Part shown: one piece after another, positions 19,696 through 30,544 of the stretch
Layout of the letters: every line of letters starts with the position of its first letter
Numbering within the stretch: the stretch's first letter is position 1
Origin: Ignavibacteriota bacterium
Lineage (GTDB): Bacteria > Bacteroidota > Ignavibacteria > UBA10030 > UBA6906
Reading direction: 5' to 3'
DNA length: 64,000 bases
NCBI GenBank assembly: GCA_963801355.1
Contig: CAWDEM010000008.1
Coordinates: forward strand, 1,984,001-2,048,000
Notes under the pieces: model-generated
Told to the model about the DNA's origin: nothing
The model's input: only the letters and a program-made list of their open reading frames with translations
Database searches by the model: none
Program-made: the position numbers and the translations under genes

Positions 19696-20160
19696 ATGGC
19701 ACCCCAGGAGGAAGCCGGCGAGAAAGTCGTCGCATCGAACCGGAAAGCCCGGCATGAATATGCAATTCTTGATTCAATCGAAGCCGGCCTGGTCCTGACG
19801 GGGACAGAAGTCAAGTCGCTGCGCCAGGGAAACGCGAACATTGCCGAGGCGTTTGCACGCATAGCCCGGGGCGAGGTCTGGCTGGAGGGAATGCATGTCA
19901 GCCCGTACGAACAGGGCAGTTATGCCAATGTCGACCCGTTGCGCACACGAAAACTCCTCCTCCACAAGAAAGAAATCCGGCGGCTTCTCGCCCGCAGCGG
20001 GGAACCGGGTGTAACGCTGATTCCGCTCAGGGTGTATTTCAAGAAGGGTGTCGCAAAGGTACAGCTCGGCATCTGCAAGGGGAAACGGGCGTATGACCGC
20101 CGCCAGGACATCGCACGCCGGGAAATCGAACGAGACCTCAAGAGAACCTACGCACGGTAG
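19696..20160 (+). CDS. smpB: SsrA-binding protein
   Basis: NRKARHEY, EAGLVLTGTEVKSLR, RKLLLHKKEI, GKRAYDRR. Confidence 0.97.
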   Translation: MAPQEEAGEKVVASNRKARHEYAILDSIEAGLVLTGTEVKSLRQGNANIAEAFARIARGEVWLEGMHVSPYEQGSYANVDPLRTRKLLLHKKEIRRLLARSGEPGVTLIPLRVYFKKGVAKVQLGICKGKRAYDRRQDIARREIERDLKRTYAR

Positions 20161-21393
20161 ATGAACGAACAGTTTCCACCGCTGAATGAACAGATGGATG
20201 TGATCCGTCGCGGAACAGCCGAGATCATCCGCGAAGAAGACCTTGCCCGCAAGATCGAACAATCCCTCCAGACGTTTACACCCCTCCGCGTGAAACTCGG
20301 GTGCGACCCGAGCCGGCCCGATCTGCATATCGGTCACTCGGTCGTCCTGCGCAAACTCAGACAGTTCCAGGATCTGGGGCATCAGGCAGTGCTCATCGTG
20401 GGGGATTTCACGGGCATGATCGGCGATCCTTCAGGACGAAGCAAGACCCGGCCTGCGTTGACGCTTGAGGAGACCCGCAGAAACGGTCAGAGCTACTTCG
20501 AGCAGGCAACACGTATCCTGTCCACCCACAAAGTCCAGATGCTTTATAACTCCGAATGGCTGGGAACGCTGAGCTTCGCGGACGTGATAACGCTGGCAAG
20601 CAAATACACGGTGGCCAGGATGCTGGAACGCGATGATTTCGAGAAGCGTTACCGCGCCGGCGAGGCCATCAGCGTGCACGAGCTTCTGTATCCTCTCGCA
20701 CAAGCGATGGACTCCGTCGCTGTTCGTGCGGACATCGAGCTGGGGGGCACCGATCAGAAATTCAATCTTCTGGTTGGACGGGACATCCAGCGGGAATACG
20801 GTCAGGATCCGCAGGTGACACTGACCATGCCGATTCTCCCCGGGACCGATGGTGTCGAGAAAATGAGCAAATCGCTCGACAACTTTATCGGCATCAGCGA
20901 ACCTCCCCAACAAATTTATGGAAAGACGCTCTCCATCCCGGATACCTTGATCTACGACTACATGCAGCTGGCGACCGAGATCCCCCCGCCGGAACTCGCT
21001 GAAGTCAAACGGCAACTCGAGAGGGGTTCGGTCAATCCCCGCGACCTCAAGCGTCGCCTGGCCCGCGAGCTGGTCACGCTCTACCATGACGCCGCGGCGG
21101 CTCAGGCAGCGGAAGAAGAGTTCGACCGGATCTTCAAGAAGAAGGATATCCCCGACGAGATACCCGAGGTCAGGGTGACGACGGAAGGCGGCACAGCCAG
21201 CATCATCCGCATGCTCGTGGAAGCCGGCATGGTGAAATCCAACAGCGAAGCCCGCCGGCTGGTCGAGCAAGGCGGTGTCAGTATTGACGGCGTGCGCATC
21301 GACGATCCGGCGGCGACTATTATCCTGAACGTCCCGGTGGTTCTCAAAGCGGGCAAAAGGCAGTTCGCACGCATCACCGGCTCACAAGGCTGA
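20161..21393 (+). CDS. tyrS: Tyrosine--tRNA ligase
   Basis: HIGH, GDPSGRS, GGTDQKFN, KMSKS; C-terminal S4 domain. Confidence 0.98.
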   Translation: MNEQFPPLNEQMDVIRRGTAEIIREEDLARKIEQSLQTFTPLRVKLGCDPSRPDLHIGHSVVLRKLRQFQDLGHQAVLIVGDFTGMIGDPSGRSKTRPALTLEETRRNGQSYFEQATRILSTHKVQMLYNSEWLGTLSFADVITLASKYTVARMLERDDFEKRYRAGEAISVHELLYPLAQAMDSVAVRADIELGGTDQKFNLLVGRDIQREYGQDPQVTLTMPILPGTDGVEKMSKSLDNFIGISEPPQQIYGKTLSIPDTLIYDYMQLATEIPPPELAEVKRQLERGSVNPRDLKRRLARELVTLYHDAAAAQAAEEEFDRIFKKKDIPDEIPEVRVTTEGGTASIIRMLVEAGMVKSNSEARRLVEQGGVSIDGVRIDDPAATIILNVPVVLKAGKRQFARITGSQG

Positions 21394-21432
21394 CATCACA
21401 CAAGTATACCGAACGGAAAGGAAGACACGACA

Positions 21433-21993
21433 TTGTACGTCCCGACAAGGATATTCTTCACCAAGGGGGTGGGCCGCCACAAGGACTATTTGCAGTCGTT
21501 CGAGCTGGCCCTTCGCGACGCAAAGATTGAGAAGTGCAATATTGTCACAGTGTCGAGCATCTTTCCACCGGGATGCAAACGCATCCCCACGGAGGAGGGT
21601 CTGAAGCTACTCCAGCCCGGCCAGATCACGTTTGCGATCATGGCCCGTAACGCCACCAATGAGCCGAACCGACTTGTTGCGGCGTCAATCGGCGTCGCGA
21701 CACCGGCGGACAACACCCAGTACGGCTATCTGTCGGAACATCACCCCTTCGGCGAGACCGATGAGAAAGCCGGCGAATACGCCGAGGATCTTGCTGCGAC
21801 GATGCTTGCGACAACATTGGGCGTCGAGTTCGATCCAAGCATGGCGTGGGATGAGCGGGAGAAAGTATTCAAGATGAGCGGCAAGATCGTGAAGACCTTC
21901 AACGTGACGCAGTCTGCCGAGGGGCACAAAGACGGGATCTGGACGACCGTCGTTGCCTGCGCGATTCTTCTTCCGGATTCCCCCACTCCGTAG
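21433..21993 (+). CDS. pdaD: Pyruvoyl-dependent arginine decarboxylase
   Basis: TTG start; [22 protein letters not shown] with self-cleavage SS; GYLSEHH. Confidence 0.9.
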   Translation: MYVPTRIFFTKGVGRHKDYLQSFELALRDAKIEKCNIVTVSSIFPPGCKRIPTEEGLKLLQPGQITFAIMARNATNEPNRLVAASIGVATPADNTQYGYLSEHHPFGETDEKAGEYAEDLAATMLATTLGVEFDPSMAWDEREKVFKMSGKIVKTFNVTQSAEGHKDGIWTTVVACAILLPDSPTP

Positions 21994-22002
21994 AAGACAC
22001 GA

Positions 22003-22033
22003 ACGCCCCGCCGTGCAGTGCACGACGGGGCGT
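22003..22033. terminator. Hairpin between convergent genes
   Basis: ACGCCCCGCCGTGCA/TGCACGACGGGGCGT, one mismatch. Confidence 0.6.
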
Positions 22034-22063
22034 CTGCTCGTCCGGCCCGTACTGATCCCACCA

Positions 22064-22849
22064 TCAGTTGAACATGAGCCGGTACTCGTCATAATTGTTC
22101 ATCACATTCTCCACGTACTTCAGCGTCTCTCCCGGATTCCGGAACCACCCGCACCTCGGGCGATCCTGGGACCACACCGTCCGGTGCAACTCCTGATTGT
22201 CTCGCGATAACAGGGGCAACGCATTCTTGACGGATTCCCAGGCCATCGGGTCCTGATCAAGGTGTGCCGCCAGCTCCTGTGCATCATAAATGCGCCCGAT
22301 ACCCGCGTTATACGCCGCCAGCGCTAGCCGGATGCGATCGCCTTCGCCGGCCCCGGGAAACAGATTGTACAGCTTGCGCAGATAGTATACCCCTCCCCGG
22401 ATGTTGTCATTCGGGTGCGAAATGTCCTCCACCTTGAATATCCTGGAGAGTTCTTCGCTTGTGACCGGCATGATCTGCATCAGCCCCGCCGCCCCCCGAT
22501 GGCTTACCGCGGTCGGCGAAAACCCCGATTCCTGCTTCATGGTCGCAAGCACAAGACGCCAATCCAGACCATACCGTTCGGCGTACCGCTTGATGGTTGG
22601 ACCGTACATCTCCACAAACGCCTCGGTGCTCCGATCAATCGAGTCATCGTCGATGTCCGTCCCGCCATTTCCCTGCACTGCGCCGGCAAAGATGGAGTCG
22701 GCCTGATCGACATCAGCCCGTACAGTGCCGGACTGTGCCATGCTCCCGTCATCCGTGACATCTTTTCTCAGCGCACCGTCAACAAAATGCGTGCATCCGG
22801 ACAGGACGAGAAGTGTACATACCGGCATCATAAGCATTCTGGAGAGCAT
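22064..22849 (-). CDS. Lytic transglycosylase (SLT/MltF-like) lipoprotein
   Basis: Lipobox LSGC; QESGF, GAAGLMQIMP, LAAYNAG, ETLKYV. Confidence 0.9.
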   Translation of the reverse strand: MLSRMLMMPVCTLLVLSGCTHFVDGALRKDVTDDGSMAQSGTVRADVDQADSIFAGAVQGNGGTDIDDDSIDRSTEAFVEMYGPTIKRYAERYGLDWRLVLATMKQESGFSPTAVSHRGAAGLMQIMPVTSEELSRIFKVEDISHPNDNIRGGVYYLRKLYNLFPGAGEGDRIRLALAAYNAGIGRIYDAQELAAHLDQDPMAWESVKNALPLLSRDNQELHRTVWSQDRPRCGWFRNPGETLKYVENVMNNYDEYRLMFN

Positions 22850-23023
22850 CCGGTTTCCTCCCGATGTGGGACTCTTCCCTTTTGTACTTCAACCGCTACA
22901 CACTCTGTGCACCGGAAACTTGAGACCCGGGTGTTGTCTGACTGCATAAGAAAGAACGATGAAAAAGGGTTCAGTTCTCTTTTACAACGCCAATTGCTGC
23001 CTGAACGTTCCGCTCGATGAAAA

Positions 23024-23692
23024 TCAGCGAAAAGAGCGCAAAAATCGCTGTTCAACATCCGTGATCTTCTGGACACGGCCTTCGTGACGCCCGCCTGCAA
23101 AAGGGGTCTCCACAAACGTTCGCACGATGCTCTTCGCAAGCTCCACCCCGATAACGCGGCTCCCGAGTGTCAGGACATTGGCGCTGTTGTGTTCACGTGC
23201 GCTGCGGGCGGTGAACTCATGGGCACAGCACGCTCCCCGTATACCGGGAATCTTGTTAACGACCATGCAGGAGCCAATTCCGGCACCGTCGATCATGATG
23301 CCCAATTCGGCTTGTGCATCGGCCACTGTCTTCGCCACCATGTAGGCAAAATCGGGATAGTCGCACGGCTCCTCCGACTGCGTCCCGACGTCAATCACGC
23401 GCACGCCCAGAGAGGGAAGATATTCGGCCACGGCTTTCTTGAGGATAAATCCGCCGTGATCCGACCCTATTGCCACGCGCAGCCCTGCCCCACCCGGTGC
23501 CGTCGCAACCCCCGGAGCTTCCGCAGAGAGAACGGCAGCATCCTGCCGGACGATGCTGATACCCGAGGATGCGGCCAGTTCGGCCGCGAGAGCAGTGACG
23601 AGCGCATCGGGAGGAACGGTGATACTCCGGCCTCCCCGTGCAATCTCCGCGCGCACTGTCTGCTCGCTGACGACGGTTCGTTTCATAGTCAT
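23024..23692 (-). CDS. rpiB: Ribose-5-phosphate isomerase B with an extra N-terminal domain
   Basis: IGSDHGG, DYPDFA, DGAGIGS, NKIPGIR, REHNSANVL, GGRH..RV. Confidence 0.9.
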   Translation of the reverse strand: MTMKRTVVSEQTVRAEIARGGRSITVPPDALVTALAAELAASSGISIVRQDAAVLSAEAPGVATAPGGAGLRVAIGSDHGGFILKKAVAEYLPSLGVRVIDVGTQSEEPCDYPDFAYMVAKTVADAQAELGIMIDGAGIGSCMVVNKIPGIRGACCAHEFTARSAREHNSANVLTLGSRVIGVELAKSIVRTFVETPFAGGRHEGRVQKITDVEQRFLRSFR

Positions 23693-24126
23693 TCGCCTGC
23701 CACGGCTTCCGGATCTACGATCTGCAGAGTCACGGGGGCCGTCCCTTTGGCTATCAGCCCGATGCGGCCGGCCGCCTCGAGCGAGAGATCAATCACCCGG
23801 TCATCCTTGAAGGGCCCGCGATCATTGATCCGCACGATGACCGAGCGCCCGTTTTCGACATTGGTGACCCTCACCGTTGTGTTGAACGGCAATGTCCGGT
23901 GAGCCGCGGTGAGCGCATGCATGTCATACACTTCGCTGCTCGCGGTCGGTCGTCCGTCAAACTCGTCGGCATAGTACGACGCAACGCCCGAGAGCTGATG
24001 CACGCGCAGGTCCCGCCCGATGGCTGCCGTGCCCGGGTCCGACCTGAAACGCGGTGAGGAGGTACCGCATCCCATCACAGCCAGTGCACACAGCGGTACT
24101 CCTGCAAATGTCAGTAGAGCCCTCAT
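23689..24126 (-). CDS. rlpA: RlpA-family (DPBB) lipoprotein
   Basis: Lipobox VMGC; GVASYY, TAAHRTLPF, VRINDRGPF, IDLS. Confidence 0.92.
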   Translation of the reverse strand: MRALLTFAGVPLCALAVMGCGTSSPRFRSDPGTAAIGRDLRVHQLSGVASYYADEFDGRPTASSEVYDMHALTAAHRTLPFNTTVRVTNVENGRSVIVRINDRGPFKDDRVIDLSLEAAGRIGLIAKGTAPVTLQIVDPEAVAGE

Positions 24127-24129
24127 GGC

Positions 24130-25218
24130 TCACAGATACTCGTTCATTTGTTTGCGTTTGAGGTAATCGGCGACATCCTTCACATCCTGCGACCGCCCGC
24201 GTTTGCACACCAGCAATGCGTCATCGGTGTTGACGATGATCAGGTCCTCGACGCCGATTGTCGCCACAACCTTGTCGGGCGAATAGATGTAGGAGTTCTT
24301 CGTGTCCTTTTGGATCACTTTGCCGGTGACCGTATTCCCGCTGGAGTCCTTGCCCGACTGGCGGTAGACTTCGTCCCACGATCCGATGTCGCTCCAGCCA
24401 AAGTCGCCCGGGATGCAGTACACCTGCTCGGCCTTCTCCATGACTCCATAATCGATGGAGATCCCGCGCATAAGTCCGTAGGCCATTTCGATGGTCGGCT
24501 GGTAGTACGGGGTTCCAATGGTCTGATCGATCTTCATGAGCTCCGTATGCAGGTCCGGCAGGCAACGGCGAATTTCCTCGAGAATCACGTCAACGCGCCA
24601 GACGAACATGCCGCTGTTCCAGAGGAAGTCGCCGCTTGCAATGAACTGCTCGGCGGTCTGCTGGTTCGGCTTCTCGGCGAAGCTCTTCACTTTCAAGACG
24701 CCGCGCCCGTGATGCGGATTGTGCGGACCCGGTTCGGTGAAGACCTGAATGTATCCGTAGCCTGTCTCGGGATGGGTGGGATGGATGCCGATGGTCAGCA
24801 GGCTGCGTGAGTCCGCCGCCGCACCAACCGCCACATCAAGAAGACGCAAGAATTCTTTGTCGTTGCCTATGACATGGTCGGCGGGGAGTACAATCATCAC
24901 GCCTTCCGGCGCTCTTCGCCGGATGTGGAGCGCGGCAAGGCCGATACACGGAGCGGTGTTCCGGCCGATCGGTTCATCGAGGATGTGCTCCTCCCTGACG
25001 AAGGGGAGCTGCTTTGTCATCAACGCATGCTGGAGGCGGTTGGTGATCACAAAGATATCCTGCGCAGGCACCTTTTGCGCAAGCCGCCCGGCGGTGTTCT
25101 GAATCATTGTTCCCTTGCCGAGAATCTCGAGGGCTTGCTTGGGACTCCGTTCGCGGCTGCGGGGCCAGAATCGCGTTCCTACTCCGCCAGCCATAACAAC
25201 GCCGAACACTTGTGTCAT
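24130..25218 (-). CDS. manC: Mannose-1-phosphate guanylyltransferase
   Basis: MAGGVGTRFWPRSR..PKQ, RNTAP, PADH, FAEKP, WNSGMF, SIDYGVMEK, WSDIGSW. Confidence 0.93.
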   Translation of the reverse strand: MTQVFGVVMAGGVGTRFWPRSRERSPKQALEILGKGTMIQNTAGRLAQKVPAQDIFVITNRLQHALMTKQLPFVREEHILDEPIGRNTAPCIGLAALHIRRRAPEGVMIVLPADHVIGNDKEFLRLLDVAVGAAADSRSLLTIGIHPTHPETGYGYIQVFTEPGPHNPHHGRGVLKVKSFAEKPNQQTAEQFIASGDFLWNSGMFVWRVDVILEEIRRCLPDLHTELMKIDQTIGTPYYQPTIEMAYGLMRGISIDYGVMEKAEQVYCIPGDFGWSDIGSWDEVYRQSGKDSSGNTVTGKVIQKDTKNSYIYSPDKVVATIGVEDLIIVNTDDALLVCKRGRSQDVKDVADYLKRKQMNEYL

Positions 25219-25252
25219 CGTGGACTTCCAGTTAGTGTGTATCGTAGTCGGT

Positions 25253-25286
25253 AAAAAACAAACCGCCCTGCACGTCTGCAGGGCGG
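25253..25286 (-). terminator. Rho-independent terminator downstream of atpC
   Basis: CCGCCCTGCA/TGCAGGGCGG stem followed by a T-rich tract on the minus strand. Confidence 0.8.
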
Positions 25287-25295
25287 CATTGTATA

Positions 25296-25706
25296 CTATG
25301 CCATCCTCGCGGCACGAAGTCTGTTCAGCGCGCGGCGCAACGAGGCTTCCGCTCTGACAACATCGAGTTCCGGAGTGCGGTGCGCAAGCCGCTGCTGCGC
25401 ACGGTCGCGAGAAGCCTCCGCCCGCGCCACGTCGATGTCACCCGGACGCTCGGCGGTCTCGAGAAGCAGCAGCACCTTGTTGTCATGCACCTCGAGGAAA
25501 CCCCCGCTCGTCGCAAACAGATACTCCTTCCCATCAGAAGACCGTACGGTAACACGGCCGGGCTCCAACGCCGAGAGGAGCGGCGCATGATGGAACAACA
25601 CCTGGAATCCTCCCTCGACGCCGGGGGCGCTCACACTTACCGCCTGCGTGCTCAATACCGCACGTTCCGGGGTTATGACTTCCAGGGTAAAGGGCTTGTC
25701 AAACAT
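25296..25706 (-). CDS. atpC: F0F1 ATP synthase epsilon subunit
   Basis: LEVITPE, HAPLLSAL.PG, SGGFLEV, RAEASLRRALNRL. Confidence 0.95.
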   Translation of the reverse strand: MFDKPFTLEVITPERAVLSTQAVSVSAPGVEGGFQVLFHHAPLLSALEPGRVTVRSSDGKEYLFATSGGFLEVHDNKVLLLLETAERPGDIDVARAEASRDRAQQRLAHRTPELDVVRAEASLRRALNRLRAARMA

Positions 25707-25720
25707 GAACGGACTCCGCC

Positions 25721-27139
<1,419 letters not shown>

Positions 27140-27238
27140 TCAGAGTGGAAAACGAAAGGTCGGGATATCGTTATTGATGAACAACTTACGAAAACACACT
27201 TAAAGAATCAAGAAAGACGACGCCGATATCTCCTCATC

Positions 27239-28930
27239 CTATACAATTGGCGGCCGCAGGATTCCGCCCGGCCTGGCAGAAGTCTGGGTGCCGTTCTCTA
27301 CAACGATCACTCCATTGACGATCACATACGGTATGCCATCGGGAAATTGATGCGGATTCGTAAACTCCGAACGATCGTTGATTGTGGCATAGTCAAATAG
27401 GACGACGTCCGCCGCTTTGCCCTGGGCGATGGTGCCGCGGTCTTTCAAACCCAATTTCTCTGCCGGAAGAGACGTCATTTTTCTAATCATGTCGGGAAGT
27501 GTTGTGATCTTCCGGAGCCGCTGATAGTGCGCGATGGCCCGCGGGAATGTGCCGTATGAGCGCGGGTGAGGCCAGGAACCATCGTCCGGGGAATGCGGCC
27601 CTGCATCCGACGCCACCATGGCATTTTTCCACGCGAGCACCATTTCCGTACACACTTCGTCCATGCCGAAGCCCACCATGCCCACTCCGGCATCTTCGCG
27701 AAGCTGCAAAGCCACGGTGAACTCGTAAGGGTCGCAGGATTCCTCGATCGCGATCTGCCGGATCGTCTTCCCCTGATACTTCTTGCTCTCTTCCGTCTTC
27801 ACACTCGAGATGAGCACCGAATCCCACGAACCGAGACCATCGACTTTACCCTGCACTTCGGCGCGCAGCCGTTCGCCCAGTGCCGGGTCCTTCAACCGTT
27901 CAAGGTATTTCGCCGTCCCCCCGTCCCGTGACCATAGCGGAAAGAGATTTGTCAACCCGGTATTGAACGCGACGTAAGGATAGCGATCGACGTGAACATC
28001 CAGACCGGACGCAAGCGCGTCGTCAAGCATGCGCAATGCCACTTCCTGCTTTGGCCAGTTGGCTTTGTTCTGTGCCTTAAGATGAGACACCTGCAGCCGT
28101 GAGTTCGATCCCCGCGCAATTGCGATCGCTTCCCGAAGCGCCTCCAGCACCCGGTCGGCCTCATTCCGCATATGTGATGCGTACAGACGGCGGTTCACCG
28201 GAAGTGCACTCATGATCTCGATGAGTTCCTGTTCGGTCGCAAAGCTCCCCGGTGTGTACTCGAGCCCGGTGCTCGCACCCCAGCATCCCGTCTCCACGGC
28301 GAGACGAGCTGCGTCCTTCATCGCAGCCATCTCGTCACCGGTGGCAGGGCGGTCGTCAAACCCCACCGCCACCGCCCTCACTGTCCCCAGTCCGACCATC
28401 GAGAGGATGTTCTGGGCGCTCCCATTCGAGGCAAGGAGCTTCAGAAATCCATCCATCGTGCGGTACGGACACTCGTAACCGAACGACTCTTTGAAATTGA
28501 GGAGTGATTCGGACATACCCGTGCCCCCGATCGGGGCGGCGGATTCTCCGTCCTGGCCGGAGACTTCAGTGGTGACGCCCTGCCGGACTTTGCTGGGAGC
28601 ATACGGATTCTTCAGAAGGTCCAGATCTGTGTGCGAATTAATGTCAATGAAACCCGGCACCACCTTCAGCCCGCCGGCATCAATCACCCGCGCTGCGGTG
28701 GCACCGGACAGATTGCCGATTGCAGCGATGATGCCGTCGCGAATGCCTACGTCAAGCCGGCGCTCTGCAGTCCCGGCTCCATCGATCAACATACCATTGA
28801 GTATCAGGAGGTCCAGTGCCGGGCGGGCCGTAATGGGTGCAGTGGCGCACCCCGGGAGCAAAGATGCTGCACCGGTCCCAGCCAGTATGGTCAGAAAAGA
28901 TCGGCGGGTAAGCGTTGTCTCCATGATCAT
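27239..28930 (-). CDS. N-acyl-D-amino-acid deacylase (D-aminoacylase) family, Tat-exported lipoprotein
   Basis: TRRSFL Tat motif plus LPGC; PGFIDINSHTD, SHMRNE, SHLK, HPRSYGTFPR, G..ADVVLFD. Confidence 0.88.
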   Translation of the reverse strand: MIMETTLTRRSFLTILAGTGAASLLPGCATAPITARPALDLLILNGMLIDGAGTAERRLDVGIRDGIIAAIGNLSGATAARVIDAGGLKVVPGFIDINSHTDLDLLKNPYAPSKVRQGVTTEVSGQDGESAAPIGGTGMSESLLNFKESFGYECPYRTMDGFLKLLASNGSAQNILSMVGLGTVRAVAVGFDDRPATGDEMAAMKDAARLAVETGCWGASTGLEYTPGSFATEQELIEIMSALPVNRRLYASHMRNEADRVLEALREAIAIARGSNSRLQVSHLKAQNKANWPKQEVALRMLDDALASGLDVHVDRYPYVAFNTGLTNLFPLWSRDGGTAKYLERLKDPALGERLRAEVQGKVDGLGSWDSVLISSVKTEESKKYQGKTIRQIAIEESCDPYEFTVALQLREDAGVGMVGFGMDEVCTEMVLAWKNAMVASDAGPHSPDDGSWPHPRSYGTFPRAIAHYQRLRKITTLPDMIRKMTSLPAEKLGLKDRGTIAQGKAADVVLFDYATINDRSEFTNPHQFPDGIPYVIVNGVIVVENGTQTSARPGGILRPPIV

Positions 28931-29095
28931 TTCTCGTTTTTCCAAGGGGCTATTGGCGTTTTGGGGATATGCTTTCCAATATAGGCCGATTTGAAGGGGT
29001 TTGCAAATGTGCCGCCTCGGAGCTTGCACCGTTCATCGTGAGCCCGATGCCTGGCCGTGATGTGACAATTCAAATGAGGCTGTGATTTCCATGTC

Positions 29096-29203
29096 TGTAG
29101 GGAATACCGACACACGGTGTAGGCAATTACCACACAATTTGTTGGTTAGTCTTCCATTCCCAGGATACTTAGTCACTCTAAGTCATTGTCGATAAATCAG
29201 ATA
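29096..29203 (+). promoter_or_regulatory. Putative enhancer-binding-protein UAS sites (TGT-N11-ACA)
   Basis: TGTAGGGAATACCGACA 29096 and TGTAGGCAATTACCACA 29118 (22 bp apart); degenerate TGTCGATAAATCAGATA 29187. Confidence 0.6.
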
Positions 29204-29220
29204 TGGCGATATCGCATAGT

Positions 29221-29237
29221 TCGGCACAGGACTTGCA
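29221..29237 (+). promoter_or_regulatory. Sigma54 (-24/-12) promoter
   Basis: tcGGCACaggacTTGCA: GG-N10-GC with consensus flanks, about 55 nt before the first operon ATG. Confidence 0.8.
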
Positions 29238-29291
29238 ATTGTGTCCATTATTGCTTCACCACGAATGTTCAACATAAAACTAGAGGAAACC

Positions 29292-29540
29292 ATGTTCGAT
29301 CTCGACGACCCCCGCTCATGGACCTACTTCACGAACTGGGTTCTGGTTGCCGTGGCATTCGTTGCCGCTCTGTTCATAGGGTACGGTGTGCTTCGCGAGA
29401 AACGCGCCAGGAAGACATCCCCGGCACATGCGACGGGCGACGCCCATACGCTCTTTCTCCCGGACCTCGGGCTTACGATGGCCGACGGCGGCGAGAAAGT
29501 CACAGATGAGAAGTCAAAGAAAACAGCGAAACCGGCCTGA
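29292..29540 (+). CDS. Small single-TM protein with GLTMADGGE motif
   Basis: GAGGA RBS; TM WVLVAVAFVAALFIGYGVL; motif shared with the two GcvH-like proteins. Confidence 0.75.
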   Translation: MFDLDDPRSWTYFTNWVLVAVAFVAALFIGYGVLREKRARKTSPAHATGDAHTLFLPDLGLTMADGGEKVTDEKSKKTAKPA

Positions 29541-29569
29541 CCTCCGGGAGAGACAACGAGGACACAGCA

Positions 29570-30544
29570 ATGCGATGCCCCTTTCTCCGCGAAGCACAGG
29601 TGAAGTCCTGTCGTGGTTCCGCCTTCCGCAAAATGATCGTCTGTGTGCCCGGTCAGGCGGATGCGGACCGCTGTACATCACCCGACTTTGTGAATTGTCC
29701 GGCTGCGCTGCCGCTCACCGATGCACATGCTCACGATTCACACTGTCCGTTCCTCCAGGAATCGCTGGTGCAGTACTGCGCCGCAGCATCCGTCACGAAG
29801 TACATCCCGTACAGCGAGGCGGAGCTCTCGCATTGCGGGACCGATAGTCACAAGTACTGTGAACTCTTTCTCACGCTTGCACACCCCGAGCGCGCAAGTT
29901 TCTCAACAACCGCTTCAGCCGGAACCGGGGCAGATGATTCTTCACCGGACTTCCTTGTGGAAGGCATCCGCGTGCCGGGGTGGCTCGGGTTTTCCCCCAA
30001 CCACATGTGGATCGATATCGACAGTGATGGACTCGTCCATATCGGCATCGACGCCTTTCTTGCTTCGATGCTTGACTCCATAGACCGCATCACCTTTCTG
30101 ACCACCGAAGGCATCCATCGTCCGACCGTGGTGCTGACCATTCACGGCGTCGATCTGCAGATGGTGTTCCCCCATCCGGTGCGCCTGAAGACTCCCAACC
30201 TGTACATCCGCACGCATCCCTTGACATTGTTGTCGGATCCGTATGCACTGGGATGGCTGTTTGAAGGAACTCTCGTCGGTGATGACCCCGCGACGGCTGC
30301 AGAGACGATGAGACGCGAGCTGCTTTCGGGGAGAGCCGCCGCCGGATGGATCGAATCGGAGATTCACCGGGTGTCACATATGGCTCATGCATTGTCTAAC
30401 GCTCCGGACCTCCAGGGAGAAGTTGCTATGGCCGACGGCGGCACCGTGGAACGGGGATTCATTCGACACTTGAACCGTGATGCCATCCTCCGCGTCTTCA
30501 ACGAGTTCTTTTCTCCGTTTGCAGAATGGAGGGATTTAAAGTGA
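29570..30544 (+). CDS. Cys-rich GcvH-like protein lacking the lipoyl lysine
   Basis: Duplicated CPFL.E..V..C N-domain; H-protein fold motifs HMWI..IGIDAF..SDPY..GWL; C-terminal MADGG. Confidence 0.75.
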   Translation: MRCPFLREAQVKSCRGSAFRKMIVCVPGQADADRCTSPDFVNCPAALPLTDAHAHDSHCPFLQESLVQYCAAASVTKYIPYSEAELSHCGTDSHKYCELFLTLAHPERASFSTTASAGTGADDSSPDFLVEGIRVPGWLGFSPNHMWIDIDSDGLVHIGIDAFLASMLDSIDRITFLTTEGIHRPTVVLTIHGVDLQMVFPHPVRLKTPNLYIRTHPLTLLSDPYALGWLFEGTLVGDDPATAAETMRRELLSGRAAAGWIESEIHRVSHMAHALSNAPDLQGEVAMADGGTVERGFIRHLNRDAILRVFNEFFSPFAEWRDLK

